Shown: in pieces, positions 40,850 to 51,851 of the stretch
Numbering within the stretch: position 1 is the stretch's first letter
Layout of the letters: each line of letters starts with the position of its first letter
DNA from: Vulcanimicrobiota bacterium
GTDB lineage: Bacteria; Vulcanimicrobiota; Vulcanimicrobiia; Vulcanimicrobiales; Vulcanimicrobiaceae
Length of the DNA: 64,000 bases
Reading direction: 5' to 3'
Assembly (NCBI GenBank): GCA_963812155.1
Contig: CAWETW010000003.1
Coordinates: 640,001-704,000, forward strand
Position numbers and translations under genes: made by a program
Notes under the pieces: model-generated
What the model was told of the DNA's origin: nothing
Databases searched by the model: none
The model's input: the letters and a program-made list of their open reading frames with translations, nothing else

Positions 40850-41379
40850 CCGGCGTTTTTGGCGACGATGACCTTGGCAGGGCGCAGCAGTTCGTCGCCG
40901 AGCGTGTAGCCTTTTTCGGCCACCTCGACGACCGTATCGTCGGCGACGCCTTCGCGCGCATCGGTTCCGATCGCTTCGGCGACGCGAGGATCGAACGGTT
41001 TGTCGAGCACGTCGATCGCCTTGACGCCCTCGCCGGCGAGCACGGCCTCGAAGCCCTTCAACGTTTGTTCGAGACCGCCGCGCAGCTTCTCGCCGCCCGG
41101 CTCTTCGTAGCGCAGTGCGCGTTCGAGATTGTCGAAGACCGGCAGAAAGCGTTCGAGTAAGACTCGCCGTCGTGCCGTTACCATCGACTCGATATCGCGC
41201 CGCATGCGCTTCTTGTAGTTGTCGAAGTCGGCGGTAGCCAGCAAGAACTTGTTGTAGTTTTCGTCGGCTAATGCGTTCGCGGCCGCGAGTTGCGCCTCGA
41301 GCGATTCGCTCTCGGGCGCGGATTCCTCGATGACGGCTTCGCCGGCTTCGGTTTTCAGCACCGATTGATCGTCAAACAT
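40846..41379 (-). CDS. grpE: Nucleotide exchange factor GrpE
   Basis: [23 protein letters not shown] and [15 protein letters not shown]. Confidence 0.95.
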   Translation of the reverse strand: MFDDQSVLKTEAGEAVIEESAPESESLEAQLAAANALADENYNKFLLATADFDNYKKRMRRDIESMVTARRRVLLERFLPVFDNLERALRYEEPGGEKLRGGLEQTLKGFEAVLAGEGVKAIDVLDKPFDPRVAEAIGTDAREGVADDTVVEVAEKGYTLGDELLRPAKVIVAKNAG

Positions 41380-41462
41380 TTGTTCCTACACGTATGGAAT
41401 CGCGCGTCCCGGCGCCGGACGTGTGCCCGGGCCGGGAGCGCGTGAAACGAGCGGCGTGCGCT

Positions 41463-43319
41463 CTACTTCGACTCTTTGAACTCCGCGTCGATGACGTCTT
41501 CGGAGGGTGCAGATCCCGCCGAGGCGCCGTTTTCGCCGCCCGCGCCGGCCGGCTCGCCCTGCGGTGCGCCGTCGCCTTGCGGTGTCGACGCCTTGTAGAG
41601 CAGTTCGGCCATCTTGTAGCTGGCTTGCTGCAGTCTCTCGATCGCGGGTTTGATTTCGGCGATCGTGCCGTTTTCGCTGAGCTGCTTGAGTTCGGTGAGC
41701 GCCGATTCGACCTCGCCGCGGGCGCCCACGTCGAGTTTATCGCCGACCTCCTTGAGCGATTTCTCCGTCGAGTAGATCAGGCTCGACGCGCTGTTGCGGA
41801 CCTCCGCTTCCTCGACCTTCGCTTTGTCGGTTGCGGCCTGAAGTTCGGCGTCCGCAACCATCCGGTCGACTTCCTCTTTGCTGAGGTTCGACGTCGCGCT
41901 GATCGTGATCGCCTGCTCCTTGCCGGTTCCGAGATCTTTAGCGCTGACGTTCACGATGCCGTTCGCATCGATGTTGAACGCCACTTCGATCTGCGGAACG
42001 CCGCGCGGCGCCGGCGGAATTCCCTCGAGCCGGAAACGCCCGAGCGTCTTATTGTCTTGCGCCATCGGCCGTTCGCCTTGGAGGACGTGAATGTCTACCG
42101 ACGTTTGACCGTCTTCAGCCGTGGTGAATATCTGCGACTTTTTCGTCGGAATCGTCGTGTTGCGGTCGATCAGTTTCGTCAGTACGCCGCCGAGCGTTTC
42201 CAGACCGAGCGAAAGGGGCGTGACGTCGAGTAAGACGACGTCGCGCACTTCACCGGCGAGGACGCCGGCCTGAATCGCGGCGCCGACGGCCACCACTTCG
42301 TCGGGATTGACGGTGAGGTTTGGTTCCTTGCCGGTGAGCTTGCGCACGAGTTCCTGGATGACCGGCATGCGCGTCGCGCCGCCGACCATGATGATCTCGT
42401 CGATCTTCGACACGTCGAGTTTGGCGTCGCCGATCGCGTTCTTGAACGGGCCGACGCAGCGATCGGTGAGATCCGACGTCAACTCTTCGAACTTGGCACG
42501 CGTCAGCGTGTAGTCGAGATGCTTGGGACCTTCTTGATCGGCCGTGATGAACGGCAAGTTGATGTTCGTCTGAACGACCGAGGATAGTTCGATCTTCGCT
42601 TTTTCGCTCGCCTCGGTGAGGCGCTGCATGGCCTGCTTGTCTTTGCTGAGGTCGATACCTTGATCGCGCCGGAACTGCTCGACCAGCCAGTTGACGACGC
42701 GCGCGTCGTAGTCGTCGCCGCCCAAACGGGTGTCACCGTTGGTCGACTTCACTTCGAAGACGCCGTCGCCGACTTCCAGAATCGACACGTCGAACGTGCC
42801 GCCGCCGAGATCCCACACGAGGATCGTCTCGTTGCCCTTCTTGTCGAGACCGTAGGCGAGCGCTGCCGCCGTCGGTTCGTTGATGATGCGCAGCACGTCG
42901 AGTCCGGCGATCTTGCCGGCGTCTTTGGTTGCTTGACGCTGCGCGTCGTTGAAATACGCAGGCACGGTAATGACCGCTTTGGTCACGCGTTCGCCCAAGT
43001 AATTGCTCGCGTCGTTCACGAGCTTTTGCAGGATCATCGCGGAAATCTCTTGCGGCGTGTAATCCTTGCCGTCGATCTTTACGACGTATCCGCTTTCGCC
43101 CATGTGGCGCTTGATCGAACTGATCGTCCGATCGGGATTGGTTATCGCCTGGCGCTTTGCCAGTTGCCCGACTAATCGTTCGCCGGTTTTCGTGAACGCA
43201 ACCACCGAAGGCGTCGTGCGCGAGCCCTCGGCGTTGGGTATGACGACCGGCGCGGGGCCTTCCATAACGGCGACGACCGAGTTGGTCGTGCCGAGGTCGA
43301 TGCCGACCACTTTTGCCAT
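41463..43319 (-). CDS. dnaK: Chaperone DnaK
   Basis: [30 protein letters not shown] and DLGGGTFD. Confidence 0.99.
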   Translation of the reverse strand: MAKVVGIDLGTTNSVVAVMEGPAPVVIPNAEGSRTTPSVVAFTKTGERLVGQLAKRQAITNPDRTISSIKRHMGESGYVVKIDGKDYTPQEISAMILQKLVNDASNYLGERVTKAVITVPAYFNDAQRQATKDAGKIAGLDVLRIINEPTAAALAYGLDKKGNETILVWDLGGGTFDVSILEVGDGVFEVKSTNGDTRLGGDDYDARVVNWLVEQFRRDQGIDLSKDKQAMQRLTEASEKAKIELSSVVQTNINLPFITADQEGPKHLDYTLTRAKFEELTSDLTDRCVGPFKNAIGDAKLDVSKIDEIIMVGGATRMPVIQELVRKLTGKEPNLTVNPDEVVAVGAAIQAGVLAGEVRDVVLLDVTPLSLGLETLGGVLTKLIDRNTTIPTKKSQIFTTAEDGQTSVDIHVLQGERPMAQDNKTLGRFRLEGIPPAPRGVPQIEVAFNIDANGIVNVSAKDLGTGKEQAITISATSNLSKEEVDRMVADAELQAATDKAKVEEAEVRNSASSLIYSTEKSLKEVGDKLDVGARGEVESALTELKQLSENGTIAEIKPAIERLQQASYKMAELLYKASTPQGDGAPQGEPAGAGGENGASAGSAPSEDVIDAEFKESK

Positions 43320-43442
43320 TAAATTCTACCTCGAAATCTGAAGTATCCGGACGACTGGACCAGCTTGGCCGGTGAGCCGCGCGCCGTTGAGGTTCGTTGG
43401 CGCGGTCTCCGGGGCGCCTTGCCGCTTACGAATGCCCGGACC

Positions 43443-43485
43443 TGATGGTATCGCCCATCATACACGATAGGCGTTAAAATGTTCC
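43443..43485 (-). promoter_or_regulatory. Candidate dnaK promoter with overlapping inverted repeat
   Basis: Minus strand GGAACA-N17-TATGAT. TGATGG-N6-CCATCA (43443-43460) overlaps the -10 and start region. Confidence 0.35.
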
Positions 43486-43494
43486 GGTAAGATA

Positions 43495-43520
43495 CAACCC
43501 GGCGCTCACGCACCGGGTTG
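43495..43520 (-). terminator. Probable intrinsic terminator after htrA
   Basis: Minus strand CAACCCGGTGC-GTGA-GCGCCGGGTTG (GNRA loop, one G-U pair) followed by TATCTT. Confidence 0.55.
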
Positions 43521-44878
43521 CAGGATGCTCCTCGTTTGGCCTCCGGGCCAGCCTCGCGTTGCACCGTGAGGCTCGCAGACTGGACTCCGGATGAGTTGGT
43601 TCGTGAGCCTCCAGGGTTGCCTGTGGTGTTGGGGTTGTTGCTGGGGTCTTGCTGTTGTTGCTGCTGCTGCTGAAGCTGGCCGATGGGTTGGGCGGCGGGC
43701 GTTTCGCCGAGTTTGATGGAGGCCAGCTTTTTGACCCCCTGCGACCAGACTTCCAGATGAATCGTGTCGCCGGGTTTCTTGGATGCGATGTACTGCTTGA
43801 GGTCCTTGCTGTTGTCGTAGGACTTCCCGTCGACTTGGAGGATCACGCTGCCCGGCTGGATGCCCGCTTGGTCGGCGGGTGAGCCGGAGAACACCTGCGC
43901 CACGGCGACGCCGTTTTGGCCCGTGTAGCCGATTTGGTTGCGAACGCCGTTGTTGAGGTCGGCCATGTAGATCCCGAGGAAACCCGTGTCGGTCCCCTGG
44001 TGGATGCCGGGGTGCTTGAGCAGATCGGCGACGACGGTGCGGACCGTGTTCGAGGGAATCGCAAACCCAATGCCTTGCGCGTAGGCCGACTTCACGGTCG
44101 ACTGGTTGATGCCGATGACCTGGCCGTCGATGTCGATCAGCGGACCGCCCGAGTTACCGGGATTGATCGGTGCCGACGTTTGAAGCAGGCCTTTGAAATC
44201 GATCACCCCGCCGTTTTCGGTCGGAATCGGCTCGGAGCGATTGAAAGCGGAAACGACGCCGACGGTGACCGTCTGCTGAAGTTCGAGCGGCTCGCCGATG
44301 GCAATCGCCCACTGCCCCGCTTCGAGTTTGGTCGAGTCGGCGAGTTCGAGCGGCGGAGGCAGCTTGTTGTAGTGGTCGACTTTGATGATCGCGGTGTCGG
44401 AGCCGACGTTGGCGCCCACGACGTGGGCCGGCACGTGATCGCCGTTGGCAAAGACGACCGTCATCTTGGTAATTTGTGCGCCTTGCTGCGGCTGCACGAC
44501 GTGCGCGTTGGTCACGATGTCGCCTTGATCGTCGATCACGAACCCGGAACCGGAGGCCTGTCCGTGATACGGCTGGGCGACGCCCGGGCCTTGCTGGCCG
44601 AAGAACTGCTGGAAGAAGGGATCGACCGGCACGTACTGCTGGCCGTTGATGTCTTCGACGATCGCGACGACCGACGATTTGGTTCGTTTGACCGCGCTGA
44701 CGATGCGATCTTGGTCGCTTACGCCGTTGAGCGGAACCGCCGCGACGGCGGGCGGGGTGCGGTTGGGCCCGGCGGCGCCGCCGAAGTGCGAGCCGGCGTA
44801 GAGCATCATGACGAAGCTGCCGACGACGGCTCCGACCAAACCGACGATGAGGGTGGGGAGGAAGCGTTTATTCACCAT
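43520..44878 (-). CDS. htrA: HtrA/DegP-type serine protease with PDZ domain; true 3' end uncertain
   Basis: N-terminal TM, GSGF, TNAHVV, INPGNSGGPL, PDZ domain (GSPADQAGIQPG) and a poly-Gln tail. Confidence 0.9.
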
Positions 44879-44947
44879 TCTCCAAAACCGTTATGCTGCT
44901 GACGTTTGAGTGATTCTGCACCTTCGTACCACGGAAACGCCGAAAAG

Positions 44948-45661
44948 TCACAGATCGTGCCCGGCCGGCTCCCGGCGGGTGTCGGAAACGACCAGTCCGT
45001 CGAGGAGTTGGACGACGCGTTCCGCGTTCTTGGCGACGTTCGGATCGTGGGTCACCATGACGATCGTTCGGCCCCCCGCATGAAGGCGTTCGAAGAGCGC
45101 CATGATGTCGTCGCTCGTACGCGAGTCGAGGTTTCCGGTCGGTTCGTCGGCCAAAAGCACGGCCGGATCGTTGATCAGCGCTCGCGCGATGGCGACGCGC
45201 TGCTGCTGCCCGCCTGAGAGTTGGCTGGGCTGGTGATGGCCGCGGTCGCCGATGCCGACCTCCTCGAGGGCTTGCTGGGCGCGTTGCATCCGGCGCCGCG
45301 CCGGAATTCCGGCGTAGAAGAGCGGCAACGCGACGTTTTTCAGCGCGTCGGTGCGCGCCAGCAAATTGAATCCTTGAAAGACGAAGCCAAGTTTACGCAG
45401 CCGCAGTTCGGCGAGCGCGTTGTCGTCGAGTTCCGAAACGTCGACGCCGTCGAGCACGTACGTGCCGCTGCTGGGACGATCGAGGCAGCCGATGATGTTC
45501 ATCAGCGTCGACTTGCCCGAGCCCGACGGTCCCATGATGGCGACGTATTCGCCGCGATCGATCGTAAACGTCAGGCCGTGCAGCACGGGAACCTTGAGCG
45601 CTCCGTTTTCGTAGGTTTTGCGGATGTCGCGCAGTTCGATCGCGCGCGGCGCGTCATTCAT
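44948..45661 (-). CDS. ABC transporter ATP-binding protein (MacB/LolD-like)
   Basis: [25 protein letters not shown] and ADEPTGNLD. Confidence 0.95.
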   Translation of the reverse strand: MNDAPRAIELRDIRKTYENGALKVPVLHGLTFTIDRGEYVAIMGPSGSGKSTLMNIIGCLDRPSSGTYVLDGVDVSELDDNALAELRLRKLGFVFQGFNLLARTDALKNVALPLFYAGIPARRRMQRAQQALEEVGIGDRGHHQPSQLSGGQQQRVAIARALINDPAVLLADEPTGNLDSRTSDDIMALFERLHAGGRTIVMVTHDPNVAKNAERVVQLLDGLVVSDTRREPAGHDL

Positions 45662-46851
45662 AGCGAAGCGCCTCGATCGGATCGAGGCTGGCCGCACGGA
45701 ACGCCGGATAGGTTCCGAACGCGAGCGTCACCACGGCCGCGAAGATGCCGGCGATGGCGATCGTTTCGATTACGGGCAGCGACGGCACGGTGCCGGCCAA
45801 CTTCACGATCGCGAACCGGTTGACGACGGCGCCCAGCGATATTCCGATCGCCCAGCCGATCCCGCATCCGGCGCCGCATAGCAACGCGGCCTCGATGAAG
45901 AATTGCGCCAGCACTTGCGAGCGCCGCGCCCCGATCGCCTTGCGCACGCCGATCTCGCGCGTGCGTTCGGCGACCGAAACGAGCATGATGTTCATGATGC
46001 CGATGCCGGCCACGAGCAGCGAGACCGCGCCGATGAGTGCCACGACGAGCGTCATCGCGCTGAAAATGCCGTTGATTCCACTGGTGAGCTGAGATTTATC
46101 GAAGCTTTGGTACTGTAAATCCGGCTTGTTGCGCATGCTGCGCAGCTCTTTGATCACGGCCGTTTCGACGTTGGCGATCGTCGAGGGATCTTTCACGACG
46201 AAACGGGCGGCGAAGAGCGAGCTGCCGCGCAGATAGCGGCTCACGTAGGTCGTCCACGGAATGGCGACTTCGCCGGCAAAATTGACGTTGAGAAAACCTT
46301 GCTTCGGCGCTTGCAGCACGCCGACGACCAAGAAGCGATTCGGGCCTGCATACACGCTCTGCCCGGTGGGGTCGCCGCCGCCTGGGAAGAGGCGCACGTA
46401 CGCGTCGTGCTGCAGCACGGTCACGTTGGCACGCCGCGTCGATGTCGCCTTGATCGATGTGCCGGCCGTAGAGAACCGGCAGCGTGTTGAACGGAATCGC
46501 GCTCTCCGGCGAGATGCGATAGCGGCCCTCGTGATGTCCGTTGCGCACCAGATCGTTGATTCCGGCGACGGGCACGGCGTCGACGACGCCCGGAATGTCG
46601 TCGCGCATCGTCTGCAGGTCGGTGAGTTTGATCGTGGCGGCGGTGACGTCGCGCTGCTGCGGATTCGGAAAGATGATGAACGAGTTGTCCGACATGCCGC
46701 CGAGGAGCCCGTCCAGCGCGGCGGCCATGCTGCCGCCGAGCACCTGAATGGCGATGACGGCGGCCACGCCGATGATGAGCCCGGTAATCGTCAGCAGCGA
46801 GCGCAGCTTGTTGCCGAGCAAAACCGCGATGGCCTCTTCGAAATACATCAC
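45654..46851 (-). CDS. MacB/FtsX-type ABC permease (frameshift near 46435)
   Basis: NKLRSLLT..GLIIG, GIGIMNIMLVSV.ERTREIG.RKAIGA and DPIEALRYE. Confidence 0.9.
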
Positions 46852-48041
46852 GACCGGAGCGCCTCGATCGGATCGAGATTCGCCGCTCGAATCGCCGGAT
46901 AGGTACCGAATATCATGCCGACGGCAATCGAGAAACTCACCGCGATGCTGACGATGAGCAGGTAGGGAATGAGCAGTTCGCCGAGCTGTTTGCTCAGCAC
47001 CGAAGCCGCACCGATGGTGGCGATCAGACCCAACCCCATGCCGATGCCGCCGCCGATCAGCGATAGCACGATCGCTTCCATCAAGAACTGCAGGATGATG
47101 TTCGACCGGTTGGCGCCGATCGCTTTGCGAATGCCGATCTCGCGCGTGCGCTCGGTCACCGATACGAGCATGATGTTCATGATGCCGATGCCGGCAACGA
47201 CGAGCGCAACGCCGCCGATTGCCGAGAGACCGGCGGCGACGACGTTGAGCGAGCTGTCGAAAGCGGTCACGAAACCGGCGCCGTTTTGCATGATGTACTG
47301 GGCGCGATTGCCGTGCACGTGTTTGAGGATCTTCATCGTCGCCTTGCCGACCGCGTCGGCCTGCGCCGATTCCGCCGGATACACCAGCAGCGAATCGACG
47401 TCGCCGGGCGAGAAGTCGTCGTAGAAGGTCGTGTAGGGAAAGACGATGCCGCTGCCGGCTAGCGCGTTCATGAACGAACCCTTGATGTTGGCGTAGACCC
47501 CGACGATTTCGCAGCGCAGGCCGTTCACGCGAAGATAGTTTCCGACCGCCGGCGCGTTCCCGAAGTATTTCTGCGCCAAATCGGACGTCAAGACGCAGTT
47601 GCGCGCGGCCGAATCGACGTCGGCTTGGTCGATCTTCCGGCCTTCGGACAGTATCAGGGTATCGGTGTGATAGCCGCCGTCGATGACCACGTTTTCGTAG
47701 TCGTGCACGGTGCCGTTATCGACGCGATACGTCCGTTGCCAGTTGGGGTACACGGCTGCGGCGGTGTCGCCGAGACCTTCGCTCACGGCCGCAACGTCGC
47801 GGTAGTGGATCGCCGCACGCGTCGGATCGTCTTGCGACGGGTCGGGTCCGACGAACACCGGCAGTTGGCCGAACGAAGCGAAGGTCGAGGTGATGCCGCT
47901 GGTCGCAGCGCGGCTGATGCCGAAGACCGCAATGATCGACGCGCTGCCGATGATCATGCCGAGCATCGTCAACACCGACCGCACGCGGTTGCGCCACAGC
48001 GCCGCGACCGCTTCTTCGAGATACGAGAGAAGGTAGGTCAC
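46848..48041 (-). CDS. MacB/FtsX-type ABC permease
   Basis: NRVRSVLTMLGMIIG, GIGIMNIMLVSVTERTREIG and DPIEALRS. Confidence 0.93.
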   Translation of the reverse strand: MTYLLSYLEEAVAALWRNRVRSVLTMLGMIIGSASIIAVFGISRAATSGITSTFASFGQLPVFVGPDPSQDDPTRAAIHYRDVAAVSEGLGDTAAAVYPNWQRTYRVDNGTVHDYENVVIDGGYHTDTLILSEGRKIDQADVDSAARNCVLTSDLAQKYFGNAPAVGNYLRVNGLRCEIVGVYANIKGSFMNALAGSGIVFPYTTFYDDFSPGDVDSLLVYPAESAQADAVGKATMKILKHVHGNRAQYIMQNGAGFVTAFDSSLNVVAAGLSAIGGVALVVAGIGIMNIMLVSVTERTREIGIRKAIGANRSNIILQFLMEAIVLSLIGGGIGMGLGLIATIGAASVLSKQLGELLIPYLLIVSIAVSFSIAVGMIFGTYPAIRAANLDPIEALRS

Positions 48042-49330
48042 ACGCTTGCCGGCGACGCCGACGGCATCGGCTTCACGTGCCGCCCGTCGGTCAGTCCCGG
48101 AACTTTGCCGGCGACGATCGTTTCGCCGGGGGCAAGGCCCGAGCGTATCCAGGTTTGCGTATCGGCGACTTTTCCGACGCTCACCGGCCGCTTGCGCACG
48201 ACGCCGTTGGTCACGACGAAGACGAACGATTTACCACGATCCTTGGTCACGGCGTCGTTGGGCACGACGACGGCGTTGGGAATGTAGGTCGTCAGGATGT
48301 CGACGTCGGCAGTCATCCCGTCTTTGAGAAAACTCGGCGACGAATCGAGCGCGATGGTCGTGAGCACTTGTTTTGCCGTGCTCGACGGATCGCTCGATTT
48401 CACGGCGACCGGCGCGATGTGCGCGACGTGGCCGCGAATGACTTTGCCCGGAAAATCCTGGCCGCTGACGTTGACCTGTTGGCCGATGCGCACGTTGATG
48501 ACGTCTTGTTCGTCGACCTCGGCTTTCACGATGTAGCCGCCCCCGCCGGCGATCGTGAACAAGGCTTGTCCCTCGGTAACCGCGTCGCCGCCCTGCAGGC
48601 TGCGTAACGCATCGCCGGCCTCAGTCGAAACCGTTTGAATCGTCCCCTCGAACGGCGCGACGATGTGCGTGAACGCCACCTGCTGCTGGTTTTGCGCGTT
48701 GACGATCTGCGATTTGCGTTCGGCCGCCTGCGCGTATTGGACGCTGCTGCCGTTGTAGCCCGAGATGGCGCCGAGTTTGGACTGTTCGAGCGCCTGATCG
48801 TAGGCGACTTGCGCCTGTTCGAGTTTGGATTGGTCCTGATCGACCTGATTGCGCGGAATCGCCTTGTTCTGATAGAGCATGCGGTCGGCGTCGTAGACGC
48901 GCCGCGCCTCGTCGAGCGCCGACTTGTTGGTGGCGACGGCCGCCTGATAGCCGACGCGTGCATTCTGTTCCTGCACGCGCGCCGCCGTGACGTTGGCAGA
49001 GGCCGAGCTGTAATCGGCCTCAGAACCCGCGGCAGTGTAGCCCAGCGACGGATTGTTTATCGTTGCCAGCAACTCTCCGGCCGCGACGCGGTCGCCCGCC
49101 TTGACGTAAATTTGTCCGATGTTGCCCGCGATGAGCGTCGGGATCGTCGCTGCGAGCGGACGCATCACGACGCCGTTTTCGGGGAGTTTCACGGTGAAGG
49201 TGGTGGGAACGATGCGCTGCATCTTGACCGCCAGCACGTTGCCGCCGCCTCGCCGCGAAGCGAGAATCGCGATCGCGAGGATGACGATCAACCCGACGGC
49301 GAGAATGATGAGGTTCCTCGTTCTGTTCAT
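48038..49330 (-). CDS. Periplasmic adaptor (membrane fusion protein, MacA-like)
   Basis: N-terminal TM, lipoyl half-motifs VKAGDRV and APFEG, a coiled coil, and VDEQD. Confidence 0.9.
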   Translation of the reverse strand: MNRTRNLIILAVGLIVILAIAILASRRGGGNVLAVKMQRIVPTTFTVKLPENGVVMRPLAATIPTLIAGNIGQIYVKAGDRVAAGELLATINNPSLGYTAAGSEADYSSASANVTAARVQEQNARVGYQAAVATNKSALDEARRVYDADRMLYQNKAIPRNQVDQDQSKLEQAQVAYDQALEQSKLGAISGYNGSSVQYAQAAERKSQIVNAQNQQQVAFTHIVAPFEGTIQTVSTEAGDALRSLQGGDAVTEGQALFTIAGGGGYIVKAEVDEQDVINVRIGQQVNVSGQDFPGKVIRGHVAHIAPVAVKSSDPSSTAKQVLTTIALDSSPSFLKDGMTADVDILTTYIPNAVVVPNDAVTKDRGKSFVFVVTNGVVRKRPVSVGKVADTQTWIRSGLAPGETIVAGKVPGLTDGRHVKPMPSASPASV

Positions 49331-49333
49331 TTT

Positions 49334-50756
49334 TTACCTTAAGTCGGCCACGGCGCTGGTCGCGTCGTAGGTTCCGATCGAGACGCGCAGTTTAACGACC
49401 GCATCGACGTAGCTTACGCGTGCCGCGACGGCATCGTTGACCGCCGACGTCGCTGCCTGCTGCGCCTGGAGGACGTCGTAGATCGTTTTGACGCCCGCCT
49501 TATATTGCAGTTGGGCGATGCGTGCCGATTCGACGCCGTAACGTGGCCTCCTGAGTCGCCCAATCGACCTGCGCCTGCGCCGTCTTGGCCGCGCGATAAC
49601 TCTCCCGGACGTCGAGTTCGCTCTGCAGCTGGGCCGAATTCAGCGTGCTCTCGGCCGATGCGAGTTGCGCGTCGTCGTTCACTCGCTCGCTGTGGCGCGC
49701 GTTGTAATCGACCAGCGGCAAGCTGAACGTCGAGACGGCTTGCAGCGCCCAGAATCCGAACGAGCCGCGCGCTACGCTCGGGCACGGGAAGATGTGGTTC
49801 AGAAGGCACCCTTGGTCGATCTGCTGCTGCTCGAGAACCGAACTCGTCGGCGAGTATTGGTTGCCCAGCAGCCCCGAGATCTGAATCTGCGGATAGAGCT
49901 CGACGTTCCAAGCTTTGCGCGTGGCGCGCGCCGCGAGCACCGCCTCACGCGCCGCGCGGACGTCGGGCCGGCTCGTCTGCGCGATGTTGACCAGCGTATC
50001 GACGCTGCCGTTGGGCATCGGCGGCTGCGGCACGGCGGTCGGCGTCGCAAACGGCGTTTGAACCGGCGCCCCGATTTGCTGCGCGAGCGATTCGCTCGCA
50101 TCCTGGACCGACGCGCGATCGGCGACGAGCAACGATTGACTCTTCGCCGCCGACGTCTTGGCCTGAAGCACGTCGACGCCCGCAGCGACGCCGGCGCGTT
50201 CTTTGATTTGCGCGACGCTGACCAGGTCGTTTTGATACTTGAGCGTCACCACGTCGACGCCAACGGCGGCTTGGCGCTGCACGATCGAATAGAACGAGTT
50301 CGTGACGGTCGTCGCGATTTGGTCTTCGGTGTTTGCTAACGTGTTGGCGGCCTGCTCTGCCTCGGCGCGCGATGCCGCCAGAGCGAGGAACGAGAATCCG
50401 CCGGTCGTGAGGTTCCAGTTCGAGATGCCGACCTGCGCGGTGTTTTGGCTGACCGAGCTCTGCTGCGCGACGCCGAGCGCGGCAAAACTTCCTTGATAGT
50501 TGGCGCTCTTCGAGAGAAAACTCTGCAAGGTGCCGTTGACGGTCGGCCACGCGACGCCGCGTTGGAGCGCGAGATTGTGCTGTGCGTTGGTAAGCGACGC
50601 GCGTTGCGCCGCAACGGTTGGATTGTGCTGCAGCGCATAAGCGACTGCATCCGGCAGCGTCATTGGCGAAGGCGTGCGATTCTCGACCGCCGCCGCCGGC
50701 ACGGCGAAGCCTGCGACGACCGAGAAGAGCGCGCCGGTAAAGATCCAGCGAAACAT
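49334..50756 (-). CDS. TolC-family outer membrane efflux protein (frameshift near 49545)
   Basis: Signal peptide, LPDAVAYALQHNP and RPDVRAA. The second frame gives QYKAGVKTIYDVLQAQ. Confidence 0.88.
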
Positions 50757-50775
50757 TGAGTGCGGCGTCGTGAAT

Positions 50776-51504
50776 CTAACGAGCGGCGAGCGCGATGAAG
50801 CAGGCGGCGGCGAGAATCCAAACGATGGCCGTTGCCCACGCCCACCCGCGGCTCACGCGCGCCGAAATCGTCATCGCGCCGACCACCAGCCCGATGCCCC
50901 ACAGGGTAAACGGGTTGAACGCCGACGCAAATGCGTGCAGTTTCAGCGAAGCCGGGTCGACGAGTAAGGCCAACGAGGGCATTGCCGTTTGAATGTCCGC
51001 CGACGAATTGAACGTGTCGGCGCCGCGCAGCATGACGATGGCCGCAGTGACCAACCCGTTAATTGCGAGTATCGGCACCTGAATGTTGACCGCGGCGGCC
51101 CAGATCGTTGCAAACGATGCGCTTCCCCGTCCCAACGCCTTGAAGATCAGCATGACGATCGCCAGCACGACGACGGCGATCATCGCGACGACCGGAGAGA
51201 AGAGCCAGATCAGCGAGACGATCCTCAGCGTGAACGTCAACGCGTGTTGCTGCTGGTCGGGCGTCATCTGTGCCAAACTCGGGTTCGACGCCACCGTTCG
51301 AGGCCAGTCGGACTGCGTTGCGTGCACGACTCCGGGGGTAATGAGCCAGCTCGCAAGCGCATACAGCACCAGCAGAATAAGAAGCGCCCAACCCCACGTC
51401 GGCGCCGCGCGCAATTGCTCGAAGGCTTCCCTGGGAGCAATGATGACGTCGAGGACGGTCTTCAGTCCGTTCGCTCGGGCCTTTCCGGGGGCTTCGACTT
51501 CCAT
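50776..51504 (-). CDS. Yip1-domain membrane protein
   Basis: VIIAPREAFEQL, NPFTLW and about five TM helices. Heads the exporter operon. Confidence 0.85.
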   Translation of the reverse strand: MEVEAPGKARANGLKTVLDVIIAPREAFEQLRAAPTWGWALLILLVLYALASWLITPGVVHATQSDWPRTVASNPSLAQMTPDQQQHALTFTLRIVSLIWLFSPVVAMIAVVVLAIVMLIFKALGRGSASFATIWAAAVNIQVPILAINGLVTAAIVMLRGADTFNSSADIQTAMPSLALLVDPASLKLHAFASAFNPFTLWGIGLVVGAMTISARVSRGWAWATAIVWILAAACFIALAAR

Positions 51505-51806
51505 GCGCAATCCTCGCTTTCAGAAGGCGGCGGGTCATGGCGCTCGTTCGCGCTCGCCGGGCGCAACTCCGGCGGCAGCCGGTGTAGAATTGCGCGGCGG
51601 ATGCATTCGAGACGTTCGTCGCGCAGTTCGAGCATGCGCATTTCGATGAGCAGGCGCGCGTGCCGCAGTGCGCGGCGGGAGAGCAGGGCGTCCGGGCGTA
51701 GCGTCGCCGGCGGGTGCGGTGAAGGGGACGCCTTTCCAAGGGGCTGCGGCGCAGCGGCGGTGAAGACGAAGACGAAGAGCAGCCAAACGCAACGCATGAA
51801 CAACAT
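51462..51806 (-). CDS. Possible small secreted hypothetical protein
   Basis: Signal-like N-terminus (MLFMRCVWLLFVFVFTAAAP). Fills the gap before the Yip1 gene; 3' end uncertain. Confidence 0.3.
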   Translation of the reverse strand: MLFMRCVWLLFVFVFTAAAPQPLGKASPSPHPPATLRPDALLSRRALRHARLLIEMRMLELRDERLECIRRAILHRLPPELRPASANERHDPPPSESEDCAWKSKPPERPERTD

Positions 51807-51851
51807 CGCCGAACCCACTTCACGCCGTCGCGGCGCGGAGAAAGAGCAGCC

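Noticed and set aside
43319..43640. Long HtrA C-terminal extension coupled to dnaK
   Set aside because: It runs through a terminator-like hairpin and a promoter-like region and has no domain character, so it is probably read-through.
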